A stretch of DNA of 64,000 nt from an uncultured delta proteobacterium (lineage in GTDB: Bacteria; Desulfobacterota; Desulfomonilia; Desulfomonilales; Desulfomonilaceae). The position numbers and the translations under genes were made by a program. This document shows, one piece after another, positions 53,560 to 64,000 of this stretch; position 1 is the first letter of the stretch; every line of letters begins with the position of its first letter. The stretch covers positions 71,698 through 135,697 of the forward strand of contig CAWBKB010000008.1 in the NCBI GenBank assembly GCA_963789265.1. Reading direction: 5' to 3'. A model generated the notes under the pieces. It worked only from the letters and a program-made list of their open reading frames with translations. It searched no databases and was not told the DNA's origin.

Positions 53560-54519
53560 TGATACTCCTTGATGCTGGAAAAAGAAATGTGGTCTTCCTA
53601 GACCTCAAGACTTTCGTCTACAGACTCCCACTCATCTTCATTGATGTCGAACTCGTCTTTAGCCTCGGCCTTGGCTTCTTTGAGTGTCTCATGCCATGTG
53701 TGAACAAAAGATCCTTCACGCAAATACACATGAACAAGAAGATAACCTCTCTCGCATCCTTGCTCGATATCGACTCAATCGAGGATAGGAACGCGAGCAG
53801 AGTTCTGTGAAGCTATGCGCTCAGTTCCTGGACCGGCTACCTCGCGTTTACATCTGACTTTCGCTTTTAAATGGATCATTGCGACCTCGTCAGTGGCGTG
53901 GGATGCCGCCGGAGAAACTAAGGTGTTGAAGAAATCGTTGCTTCTTTCCCTCACTTATCCCCAACCGGTTAACATTTTTGAAGGCTTGTTTCGGTTTATA
54001 CGTACGGAGCAAGGTGGCTCTTGACCGCCAAGAGCACCTCTCCAAGAACCGGAAAACCCGCCGCAGCAAAGCCGGACGGGACTTATGACAGGTATCCTTT
54101 CCCCATCCACTTTAGCTGAACTTATCTCGCGCCCGCAAGCTGATGTTCAAATCGGCACAGATCTAAGTAGGCCATAGAACTGGGGATTTGTCAAGAGGCC
54201 TGCTCCACCGACAGCAAAAAAATGCTTCATTGTCTTCCAGCCGAGGACAGGATATGTTCATGCCAGACAGCATGACGTGAAGTGAAAGCCGCATTTAGCG
54301 GACGGTCTGTGCTCCACGACCCTAACCACAGCAGAGCCAGGAAAGAAGTACAGGTCACACGCGAAATCAATGACAGATAAGAGGCCATTGTGTCCGGATT
54401 TCATTCCCAAGAGAGAATCTCATGCCGGCTGGGACTTATTCTATAATAGTGAATTTCGACCCATTTGATTTGCAAGGTGGCAACCAGAAACATGGTGGCG
54501 GCAACTGAGGACTAAATAA

Positions 54520-55563
54520 ATGATGACACTTCAGCAGCTTCGGACAAAATCAGAGACGATCCCGGCTTCGGCTGCCTGGTATTTGGCTGACCTTGGCGAA
54601 TCGCTAGGGAGACAGGAGCTTTTTACGCGCCAGTCCCCGCAACGTCTCCGAGTCCTTCGAGAGCATGCACTCATTGAAAGCGCAGTCTCCTCTAACCGCA
54701 TCGAGGGGATTGAGATTGACAAGAGTCGCGTGCGCACTATTGTCTTTGGGACGCCGATGCTTCGAGATCGAAATGAAGAGGAGGTCCGGGGGTACCGCGA
54801 AGCTCTTCGCCTCATCCATGAGGAGGCTGCACGTCTACCGATTAACGAAGAGACCGTGCTGAAGCTCCATCAGTTGGCCCGCGGTGAAATCTGGGATGCT
54901 GGGAAATTCAAGGACAAGGACGGCGACATCATCGAGCGACATGCGGACGGTACATCACGTATCAGGTTCAAAACGGTCCCGGCAGCCAAGACCTCAGCTT
55001 CCATGGAAAAACTGGTTGATTTGTGGGAACAATCGCTCGATGAACGCTGGACGCACCCTCTCATCGCATTGGCCGGCTTCAACTTAGACTTTTTGTGCAT
55101 CCATCCATTTCGTGACGGCAATGGCCGTGTGGCGCGCCTTTTGATGCTACTTCAATGTTACCATCTTGGGTACGAGGTGGGCCGGTACATCAGTCTTGAG
55201 CGGATTATTGAACAGAACAAGGAAAGGTATTACCAAACACTGGAACAGTGTTCGTTCGGATGGCATGAAGGTAAACACAATCCGTGGCCTTACATCATTT
55301 ATCTCCTCTTCGTTATGAAGACTGCGTATAGGGAATTCGAAGAACGTCTGGGCCGAACCCGGAGCCCCCGCGGTGCAAAGACCGAAATGATTGAAACAGC
55401 AGTGGAGGCCATATCTGGGGAGTTCACACTGAACCAGCTTGAGCGCCTTTGCCCTGGCGTGAGCCGCGACATGATCCGACGGGTGCTTCGCGGACTTCAG
55501 AAGACAGGCCTAGTAGAGTGTGTGGGTCGAGGTCCGGGAGCTATTTGGCGGAAAAAGAGGTAA
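54520..55563 (+). CDS. Fic-family protein (class II) with C-terminal wHTH
   Basis: HPFRDGNGRVAR; inhibitory motif SNRIEG. Confidence 0.93.
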   Translation: MMTLQQLRTKSETIPASAAWYLADLGESLGRQELFTRQSPQRLRVLREHALIESAVSSNRIEGIEIDKSRVRTIVFGTPMLRDRNEEEVRGYREALRLIHEEAARLPINEETVLKLHQLARGEIWDAGKFKDKDGDIIERHADGTSRIRFKTVPAAKTSASMEKLVDLWEQSLDERWTHPLIALAGFNLDFLCIHPFRDGNGRVARLLMLLQCYHLGYEVGRYISLERIIEQNKERYYQTLEQCSFGWHEGKHNPWPYIIYLLFVMKTAYREFEERLGRTRSPRGAKTEMIETAVEAISGEFTLNQLERLCPGVSRDMIRRVLRGLQKTGLVECVGRGPGAIWRKKR

Positions 55564-55650
55564 TACCCCTATAAGAGGGTAATAAAGAGGGTAATAGCAC
55601 CGCAGACATGTGAGGTTCGTGTAGCCTGACCCCAAAACTGAATCACTTCC

Positions 55651-56062
55651 CTAGCTGAAAGCCGTCCCTTCAGATTCGAGTTGATTACGAACCATCTGGG
55701 CAATGTTGACGGCAGCCGTGCGAGCCTGTTCCGCCGTTTCCTTAGTGTAGTCAGTTGGCCAATGCACCGCGTACCGAGTCTCAATGCAGGCGGTGTTAAG
55801 AAGAATGCAGTCCTCCCTAACGGCAGCGAATGCCGGTTCAACGTCAGAAAAGGGTCTTGAGGAGATGGACAAGGTCATGAACCTTCTCAAACGCTAGGCC
55901 CTTGCTGATGATGTAGGCTTTCAAATACTTCTCCGCAGCTTGCTGGAAATGGAAACATATCTAGGCAAAAAATTCGGTTCCTGATTTGAGCTTGGCTTCT
56001 GCGAAACTAAAGTCGTCATCCGCCTTTTTCAGCCATTCCTCCACGATCAAGGGATCAGCCAT
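55651..56062 (-). pseudogene. HEPN protein of an MNT-HEPN pair, disrupted
   Basis: EWLKKADDD..CFHFQQAAEKYLKA..HDL..TRY; in-frame TAG and a frameshift; upstream MNT tail EGRVLYG*. Confidence 0.8.
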
Positions 56063-56082
56063 AAAGGACTCTCCCCTCTCCT

Positions 56083-57556
56083 CTATAGTTTTGCACTTCT
56101 TGTATAAATGGCCTGATATCGCAGATGATTTTCTTGAAAATCATCGGCGTTCCTGCCATAGACGCTTTGGCAAGAAACTGGGGGAGGAACGCCGATGCGC
56201 AAGCGGAATCTGCCACAGCCGTTTCAGATTGACAAGATTCGTTTTGCAGATTGCTTCACTGCGCCGAGTCTGGGGCACTTCGGGATTTTTAATCGCCGGG
56301 TGGGTACTGACCGTTGGGGTTCACACCATCAGTCAGGTAATCCTCACCAGCGGGCTGCATGAATCGGAAAGTTTCGTCAGCATCTACCGGTTCCTTGAGA
56401 AGGCCAAGTGGACTCCGGACCACGTGGCTTTCAAGGTTTTCCGGATCATTGTAGATACACTGTTGCCGGGCGTGACGGAGATTGAGCTGGTCTTGGATGA
56501 CACGCTGAACGACCATGTGGGTAAGAAGATCTTCGGTGCCGGAATTCAGCACGACGGGAATGCCCCCAAAACGGCAAGACCCATTGGATACGGCGTCTGC
56601 TTTGTGATCGTCGGGGTTGTTGTCCGTTTGCCGGGTACATCCGAAAGGTTGTTCTGTTTACCCTATGCCGCTCGTCTGTGGTGGCCGGAAAAAGCCAAGG
56701 CCAAGCCTCTGGGTAAGAAACACCGGAGCAAGTCCGAGCTGGGAGCTGAGTTGATCCGTCTGACACGGTCATGGATTGATTCATCCATAACGCTCCGAGT
56801 GGTCGTCGACAATGGGTATTCAAACAGGCAAATCATTCAAGATCGGCCAAAGGGAGTCCATATAACGGGAAAAGTTCGTACGGATGCAGCCCTGTACGCT
56901 TTGGCCACGCAGGAGACCAGCAAGAGAGGGCCTCCGCGGAAAAAAAGGAGATCGTCTGCCTTGTCCTAAATCGATCTTCATCCACGAGGGAGATCAGTGG
57001 GAATGGGTCTGGATCACTCTCTACGGTCAGCAGACCATCGTGTCCGTGTACCGTTTTGAGGCAATCTAGTACAAGGCAGCCGGGAATGAACCCTTGTCCA
57101 TCGTGATGGTCCACGATCCTGGCCACAAGTACCCGGACACGGTGTTCTTCGACACCGATACTGCGGCTTGCGATACAGAGACTATCCAGAGATTCAGCCA
57201 TCGCCGAAGTATCGAGATTACCAATCGGGAAACCAAGAGCTTACTCGGCAGCGCAGACCCGCAGTGCCGCTGCGAGAAATCAGTCACTCGTGCTCCGCTC
57301 ATGGCCTACTGGAGCTACTGCTTCGTGGTGGTTCTGGTTCGTCAATCAGTTCCACAAGGGAAAAGATCTCCTCCTCCCCTCTGCCCCCTGGTACGTAAAG
57401 AGATCCATCACCTTCTCGGATATGCTCGCAGCAGCTCGCCGCAGTCATTTCGGCTCGGGAATTTCGCGCGATCCCAGCAAACACCACACAAACTCTAAAT
57501 TCGCCTCACATCGCTTCACGTGCGGACATGAGTCCTACAAAAGGGCAAAACTATAG
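56083..57556 (+). mobile_element. IS701-like element; transposase broken by frameshifts and a TAG
   Basis: IRs CTATAGTTTTGCACTT / AAGGGCAAAACTATAG; LDDT, DNGY and RRSIE..RETK motifs. Confidence 0.8.
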
Positions 57557-57582
57557 TCGTGAGGCTGCGGCAAAATATTTCC

Positions 57583-57638
57583 TTGACAATCTTTTTGAAC
57601 TGGCTTATTGGGGTACGGTATTCGTTAGGGTACCGTAT
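57583..57638 (+). promoter_or_regulatory. Candidate sigma70 promoter and GntR operator
   Basis: TTGACA at 57583; TACGGTA-N10-TACCGTA inverted repeat at 57614-57637. Confidence 0.5.
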
Positions 57639-57661
57639 CTCATCCCATCGTCAATAAATCT

Positions 57662-58369
57662 GTGAAGAATATGGTCATCAATCAGCCTCCCAGTCCGTTT
57701 ACCATCGAACCAACGCCTTCCATCCGCGAAAAGGTCTACGCTTATCTGCGCGACGAAATCCTGTCCGGGCACATTCCGGGCGGCTCTCGTGTAGTGGAAG
57801 GACGACTGGCCGCGCATATCAATGTCTCTCGAACGCCGGTCCGAGAAGCTCTTCATCTCCTGGAAATGGAGGGCCTATTGGAGTCTATTCCGCGAGTAGG
57901 ATATCGGGTGCGCCAGATCCGGGCGGACGAGGTTGAAGAGATCTGCGAGATCAGGGCAGTCAACGAAATCCTGGCGGCTCGAAAGGTCATCGAACGCAAC
58001 GATCCGTCCTGCCTGGACGCTCTGGCAGAAAATCTCGAACTGACCGAAGCTGAGATCCAGGCTGGGCGTCCGCAGTCTTTCGTGGACTTGGATGCCGTAT
58101 TCCACGAGATTCTGGTTCGGGCCAGCGGGATGCCGCGTCTTTTGGAGCTGTGCCAGACCCTACGACGCCACATGCTCCTCTACCGGATAGAAAGCGTCTA
58201 CCGGGCGGACATCGCTCTTCGGGCTGTGGAAGGCCATCGGAAGATCCTCGAGTGCCTCCGCCGTCGAGACGTTATTGGCGTAGAATCGGTAATCCACGAT
58301 CACCTGGAACTGGCTAAGCAGTCCATCCTCCGGTACGCCTTCGAGGAGAAACGGAAAAAACCAGAGTGA
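57662..58369 (+). CDS. GntR/FadR (FCD) regulator
   Basis: VSRTPVREAL; FCD motif D..FH. Confidence 0.93.
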   Translation: MKNMVINQPPSPFTIEPTPSIREKVYAYLRDEILSGHIPGGSRVVEGRLAAHINVSRTPVREALHLLEMEGLLESIPRVGYRVRQIRADEVEEICEIRAVNEILAARKVIERNDPSCLDALAENLELTEAEIQAGRPQSFVDLDAVFHEILVRASGMPRLLELCQTLRRHMLLYRIESVYRADIALRAVEGHRKILECLRRRDVIGVESVIHDHLELAKQSILRYAFEEKRKKPE

Positions 58370-58923
58370 GCATGCTTGAAATCAAATTCAACGGTCGTGG
58401 CGGGCAAGGAGTTGTGGTGGCTTCTCAGATTCTTGGTTTTGCCTTTTTCAAAGCGGGCCTCTATCCCCAGTGCTATTCCGTTTTCGGTGGTGAACGCCGC
58501 GGAGCGCCCGTCGTCAGCTTTCTTCGTGTGGATGAAAAAAAGATCTTACTCAAGTGTGAAATAAAACACCCGGGAGAGCTCATCTACATGGATGACAGCA
58601 TGGTTGAACCCGAGGAAATCAGAAAGCTGCTTTTGCCTGGCGGCCGCATCCTTATCAATACACGCCGCCCTGCCGATGATTTCAGCGAACTGCAAGGATT
58701 CGATCTCGGGTTGGTGGACGCTCTTTCCATCAGCAGCCGCGTCGGCCTGGGCGGGATTATCAACACCACAATCCTGAGCGCTTATTGCCGGTTCACGGGC
58801 ACGCCGCCGCTTCCTTTTTTGAAAGGAGCCATCTCGGAAATGGTTCCTGCCCGGGTGGCGGAAAACCTCGAAGCAGTTGAGTTGGCTTACGAAAGCGTCA
58901 TAACCCGGCCCCTAAGGAGCTGA
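58366..58923 (+). CDS. 2-oxoacid:acceptor oxidoreductase gamma subunit
   Basis: GRGGQGVV and FGGERRGAPV motifs. Confidence 0.92.
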   Translation: MSMLEIKFNGRGGQGVVVASQILGFAFFKAGLYPQCYSVFGGERRGAPVVSFLRVDEKKILLKCEIKHPGELIYMDDSMVEPEEIRKLLLPGGRILINTRRPADDFSELQGFDLGLVDALSISSRVGLGGIINTTILSAYCRFTGTPPLPFLKGAISEMVPARVAENLEAVELAYESVITRPLRS

Positions 58924-58924
58924 T

Positions 58925-60662
58925 ATGGACCCGCGGCACAAGGCTCAACATGCCTGTCTGGATCCAGAAGTGATGATTCCCATCTCCAGGTCAAGCACCG
59001 AAGCCATCAAAACAGGCGCATGGTCCAACAGGCGCCCGGTTTTCCTGGAAAAGACCTCTCCGTGCAGAGCGGCTTGTCCCAATGGAAATGATATTCCACG
59101 GGCGTTGAAGCATGCCGCGGACGGTCGATTCGGCGAAGCGCTCGCCGTATTTCTGCAAGAAAGCCCGCTTCCCGGCGTATGCGGCAGGATCTGCTACCAT
59201 CCCTGCCAGTCTTCCTGCAATCGCGGGCACTTGGAGGAGACGATCAACATCCGAGAGCTGGAGCGTGCTGCATCGGATCTGGGTACGGCACAACCCGCTT
59301 CGCTCACGGATGCGGGAAAAGATAAATCGGTTGCCGTGGTCGGTTCCGGCCCGGCCGGCCTGACGGCTGCCTATCACTTGTCGCGGATGGGACATCCAGT
59401 CACCGTTTTCGAAGCTCGGGAATCGCCAGGAGGGCTGCTTGCTCAAGGAATCCCCGAATACCGTCTTTCGCGGGAGCGCACTGCAAAGGGACCTTAATCG
59501 CATTTTTTCGCTTCCCATCACACTGAAAACCGGCCACGAAATTTCCGCTGAAGATCTCTCCCGCCTTTCCGCTAATTTCGGAGCTGTGTTTCTCGCTCTG
59601 GGTGCCACGAACCAATTAAAGATGGGAATTCAAGGCGAAGAACTCGATGGCGTGGTTTGCGGTCTTGATTTTCTCACCCGCGAGGACATGCAACGTCGGT
59701 GCCGTGGAGCCCGAGTGGTGGTCATTGGCGGCGGCAACACCGCAATGGACGCGGCCCGCACCGCTGTACGCCGGGATGCCGAAACCGTCACGGTTCTATA
59801 CCGCCGGAACCGGGATCTCATGCCGGCTTTCCCGGAAGAGGTCGAAGAGGCCGTGGACGAGGGAATCCGTTTTCAATTCAGTGCGGCCCCTGTTGCGTTG
59901 ATCGGCGATGGAAACCGGATCGAAGCAGTTCGCTGGGTGGAAACGCGGCTCGTGCCGGCCGATTCCTTGCCGCTGCCTGTTTCCACGTCCGAAAAGACTG
60001 TGTTGTGCGACCTGGTCATAGTGGCAGTGGGGCAGAAGGTAGCGGGAAGCTCCATCCCGGACGAGCTGCGCATGGATAAAGGCCGGGTTCGGATCGATGC
60101 CGCCGGACGTACTTCCCATCCTGCGGTGTATGCCGGAGGAGACCTGACCCCGACTCGAGCATCGGTAGTGGACGGCATGGCATCCGGAAAGCTGGCCGCG
60201 TTCTTTATGCACGTTTCTCTCGTCGGCAGAGATGCCGAGGGGCTGCCCGCCGGCGTCATCCTTGGCGAGGGTGCCGCTTTTTCCATCGAAGCCTGCTTCC
60301 ATCCTGCAGAAAACAGTGCCCTGGATTCGGTGGTTCAAGTCGATGAATTGGATCTGGTCGGAATCGACCGGAAGCCAGCAGTTCCGGCCCAGGTACGGTC
60401 AGCAGGGGAGCGTGTGCAGGATTTTCACGAAGCTCATGCTTCATGGCCCGGGGAAGGCGCTCGGCAGGAAGCAGAGCGCTGCTTTTACTGCGGCACCTGC
60501 ATCCGATGCGACTGTTGCTGGCGCTATTGCCCGGAGTGTTCGATGTTGCGCCCCGATGAAGGCGATGTCAAATACCGAGCAGATTCCGACTATTGCAAAG
60601 GCTGCGGAATCTGCGCCTCAGAGTGCCTGAGGGGAGTCGTTGAAATGAGAGAGCAACCGTGA
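58925..60662 (+). CDS. GltD-like FAD/FeS oxidoreductase fused to the oxoacid oxidoreductase delta (ferredoxin) subunit (frameshift near 59477)
   Basis: KTGAW..RP, PCRAACP, CGRICYHPC, GSGPAG, GGGNTA, C-terminal CxxCxxCxxxCP and YCKGCGICASEC. Confidence 0.88.
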
Positions 60663-61812
60663 AAGCGTTCATGACTGGAAACCACGCTGTGGCTTCGGCG
60701 GTTCGGCTATGCCGACCGCAAATCGTAGCCGCGTATCCTATCACGCCCCAGACGCCGATTTACGAGAAGCTGTCCGATTGGGACGCATCCGGCGAGCTGG
60801 GCGGGATGATGATGCGTGTTGAAAGCGAACACTCGGCCATGGCCGCCTGTCTTTCGGCATCCCTTGCCGGGGCTAGAACCTTCACCGCCACCTCTTCTCA
60901 GGGACTTGCCCTGATGCACGAAATGCTCCACTTTGCCGCCGGCTGTCGCACCGCAGTGGTAATGGCCTGCGTGAACCGGACCTTAGCGGCCCCCTGGGCC
61001 TTCTGGAGCGATCAGACCGATTCCCTTTCACAGCGGGATACCGGCTGGATCCAGATATATGTGGAAGACAACCAGGAGGCTCTGGACAGCACCATCCAGG
61101 CCTTCCGGCTGGCCGAAGAAGTGATGCTTCCGGTTATGGTAGTGTTGGAGGCCAATTTCATCTCCCATTTCATGGAACCTGTGGACATTCCAGACCAGGC
61201 TCAAGTGGACGCTTTTCTGCCGGCGCCCAGCCTGCCGCAGCGATTCGATCCCGATCACCCTGGATATGTCACACCTACGGTCACACAGCAGGAGTTCGAG
61301 AGCTACCGGAAGATGTCCCAGGAGGCCATGAATTACGCTTTGACTGCTCTGGAAGAGATCGAAGAGGAATTTTCCGGAATTTTCGGACGACGTTACGGCT
61401 TGGTGGAAGCTTCCGACTGCGAAGATGCGGAGCTGATCCTTCTTACCACGGCCACCATCACGTCCACGGCTCGGGTTGCTCTCGCATCCCTCCGACAGAA
61501 GGGATACCGCATCGGTCTCGGTCAAGCTTCGCGGATTCCGCCCATTTCCGGTGGCAGCCCTGAAAAGGGCGGTAGGATCTGTCCGCCGGATCGCCGTGGT
61601 CGAACGAAACATTTCTCTGGGGCGAGAAGGCATCTTCTGTTCAGAATCCAAGTCCGCCCTCTCCAACTGCTCTCACCATCCCGAGATCCAAGGGTATCTG
61701 GCCGGAATCGGCGGGACCAACGTCAGCCCCGAATTGATCGAGCGTATCGTTTCTGCATGCTCTGGCGCTGGAGCAGGTTGCCGACGAACCCATCTGGATG
61801 AAGGAGGAGTGA
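60659..61812 (+). CDS. 2-oxoacid oxidoreductase alpha subunit (frameshifts near 61520 and 61752)
   Basis: AYPITPQT, ESEHSA and TATSSQGL motifs. Confidence 0.9.
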
Positions 61813-62685
61813 TGGATTCTCTCGCAAAGGACGTGCTTCGCTCAGGCCATGCAGCCTGCCCGGGTTGTGGAGTGGCCGTCGGCATGAGGATGGTGCTAGC
61901 CGCCCTGGGAAACCGTGCGGTGGTGGTAGTGGTCCCGTCGTGTGCGGCCGTGGTCAGCGGCCGATATCCCAACTCTGCCCTGGGGGTGCCGGCATTCCAC
62001 TCGGCCTTCGAAATTGCCGCACCTACCGCCGCAGGCATCGCAAACGCATTCAAGATGCTGGGAAAAGAAGACATTCCGGTCCTGGCCTTCGCCGGAGACG
62101 GAGGGACTTTCGATATCGGCCTCCAGTCGCTGTCCGGAGCCGCCGACAGAAACGAGAATTTTATATACGTCTGCTTGGACAACGAGGCGTACATGAACAC
62201 CGGCATCCAGGTTTCCTCTTCCACCCCACGCTATGCCTGGACTGGCACAACCCCCCGAGGAAAATCGGGCCGGAAGAAGAAGATCATGGACATAATGGCT
62301 GCCCACAGCATCCCCTACGCGGCCACGGCTTCTATCGGATTCCCTGATGACCTGACCCGCAAAATCCAAAGAGCAAAGGAAATTTCGCGGCACCCGGTTC
62401 ATCCATCTGCTTTCTCCCTGTAACACCGGCTGGCGGATAGCGGACCACATGGCACCCAAGGTGGCCAGACTTTCCGTGGAGACCGACGTGTTTCCACTCT
62501 ACGAAATCTTCGACGGCATTAGTTATGTGATCAATCACAATCCACGCGGTCTTCCGGTCAGACGCTATCTGGAGTTGCAAGGTCGGTTCCGCCATTTAAC
62601 TGAAGAACAGATTGAGACGATCCAACAGGAGGTAGATTTGAACCGGAAGATGCTCCAGATGAAGGTGACATGTTCGGCCTGCTAG
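61812..62685 (+). CDS. 2-oxoacid oxidoreductase beta (TPP-binding) subunit (frameshift near 62385)
   Basis: GHAACPGCG, GDGG..DIG, DNEAYMNTG and QGRFRHL motifs. Confidence 0.9.
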
Positions 62686-62778
62686 GTAGGCTTTTGGCTC
62701 TTTGGATTACCGCACCGGCGCAGAGGGCTGCTCTTTTTTGCCGCGGGCTAGGGCGCAAAATTTGTTGAGGTTATATTC

Positions 62779-63768
62779 ATGGCCAAAAAGGTGAGCATAT
62801 TGGGGGCCGCTGGAACTTTAGGATCTTGTGCTGCCTACGAGATCGCGACCCAGGGGCTGGCCGACGAACTGGTCTTGCTGGACAAGAATGAGAAGCTGCT
62901 CAAATGCCACATGATGGATATCCAGACTGCCTTGACAGGTATTCAAGACACAGCAGTGAGGGAGGGCGGGTATTCCGATCTCGCGGAGTCGGACGTAGTT
63001 GTCGTTGCTGCAGGCGCCCCGTGGCGATTGATCGGCAATAGGATGGAGCTTCTTGGTGACAGTCTTCCCATCATAAAATCCCTCACCGAGCAGATCTTCC
63101 GATTCTGCCCGCAAGCTGTTGTCATCACTGCTACCAATCCGGTGGATCCTCTCAATTACGCGATGCACCGGATCTCCGGCATGGATCGCAAGAAGCTTTT
63201 AGGTTACTCGCTAAACGATTCCTTCCGTTTTCGTCTGATAGTTGCCCGCCTTCTGAGAGTGGCTTCAACCAAGGTCGAAGGGCTCGTTGTGGGAGAACAC
63301 GGCCCGCATCAGGTGATCCTTTTTAGCACCCTGAGAGTGGATGGGCGTGCGGCTGACCTTAACGAGGAACAAAAACGGAGCGTTTGTGAAGAGATACCCA
63401 AGGCCCTGGCGGCTTTTGAAAGGCTTCAGACAGGACGGACCAGCGGATGGACCTCGGCGGTGGGGTTATCGGCTATGGTGGCGGCCATTCTTGGCGATAC
63501 GGGTGCTGTTTTTCCTGCTTCGGTGGTGCTGGAAGGAGAATATGGATATCGCGGCTTGAGCGCCAGCCTCCCCGTGGCTCTTGGACGTACGGGATGGCGG
63601 GATGTCGTAAAATTGAAAATGACACCGTCGGAAGCAGACGAGTTCGCCGCATCCGCGGATTATCTGAATCGAACCGCCCGGATCATGGACGACTTGATCG
63701 AGAAAGAGGGCGCAACACCGCCTGGCGCTACGCATGTAGCGATTTCAAAAACCGAGGGCGAGCTATGA
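62779..63768 (+). CDS. LDH/MDH-superfamily 2-hydroxyacid dehydrogenase
   Basis: GAAGTLG, TNPVD, D..R and GEHG motifs. Confidence 0.9.
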   Translation: MAKKVSILGAAGTLGSCAAYEIATQGLADELVLLDKNEKLLKCHMMDIQTALTGIQDTAVREGGYSDLAESDVVVVAAGAPWRLIGNRMELLGDSLPIIKSLTEQIFRFCPQAVVITATNPVDPLNYAMHRISGMDRKKLLGYSLNDSFRFRLIVARLLRVASTKVEGLVVGEHGPHQVILFSTLRVDGRAADLNEEQKRSVCEEIPKALAAFERLQTGRTSGWTSAVGLSAMVAAILGDTGAVFPASVVLEGEYGYRGLSASLPVALGRTGWRDVVKLKMTPSEADEFAASADYLNRTARIMDDLIEKEGATPPGATHVAISKTEGEL

Positions 63769-64000
63769 GCCTGAAGATTGTCCTGGCTCCTCAGCGATAC
63801 ATCCAAGGTCCTGGCGCCCTTTCGACTATGTCCCGGCAACTCAAGGACCTTGAAGATTGATCAACCGTTGATATTGGTCGATGCGGCCGTGTATGAGCTT
63901 TGCCGTCAAATCCTTGAGAAAGACCTGGGGGCCAGAGGAATCAAGCATGATTTCATGAAATTTGGTGGCCAAAGCACCTGGGAGGAAGTGGCCCGGGTCT
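63765..64000 (+). CDS. Glycerol dehydrogenase-like protein (partial; frameshift near 63845)
   Basis: APQRYIQGPGAL..FGGQST.EE. Confidence 0.7.

Overview
The 64-kb window has moderate GC and comes from an anaerobic deltaproteobacterium; Desulfomonile-like is a guess from protein and repeat style. Left part (1-33 kb): a complete group II intron; the glycine-cleavage genes gcvT-H-PA-PB; a Fur/PerR-rubrerythrin-cydAB oxygen-defence cluster; wzc/wza; a sensor kinase; IS1182; and msrAB with a two-component system. Its intergenic DNA is dense with REP-like hairpins and MITEs, two with verifiable target-site duplications. A 17-bp TCCCGCG-NNN-CGCGGGA hairpin replaces the apical loop of four different repeat families. 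Middle (33-57 kb): a mosaic accessory region opened by three co-oriented partial tRNAs (Lys, Pro, Asp; att-site scars). It holds a phage-type SSAP plus a truncated nuclease, a HEPN-motif gene, a sulfatase, ISKra4, Fic, an MNT/HEPN remnant and an IS701-like element. Right (57.6-64 kb): a GntR-led catabolic operon with a 2-oxoacid oxidoreductase whose delta subunit is fused to a GltD-like flavoprotein, an LDH/MDH-family enzyme with an atypical specificity residue, and a glycerol-dehydrogenase-like gene. Many genes are split by single extra bases, most likely long-read errors rather than true pseudogenes. Product calls come from motif recognition by eye; no database searches were run.
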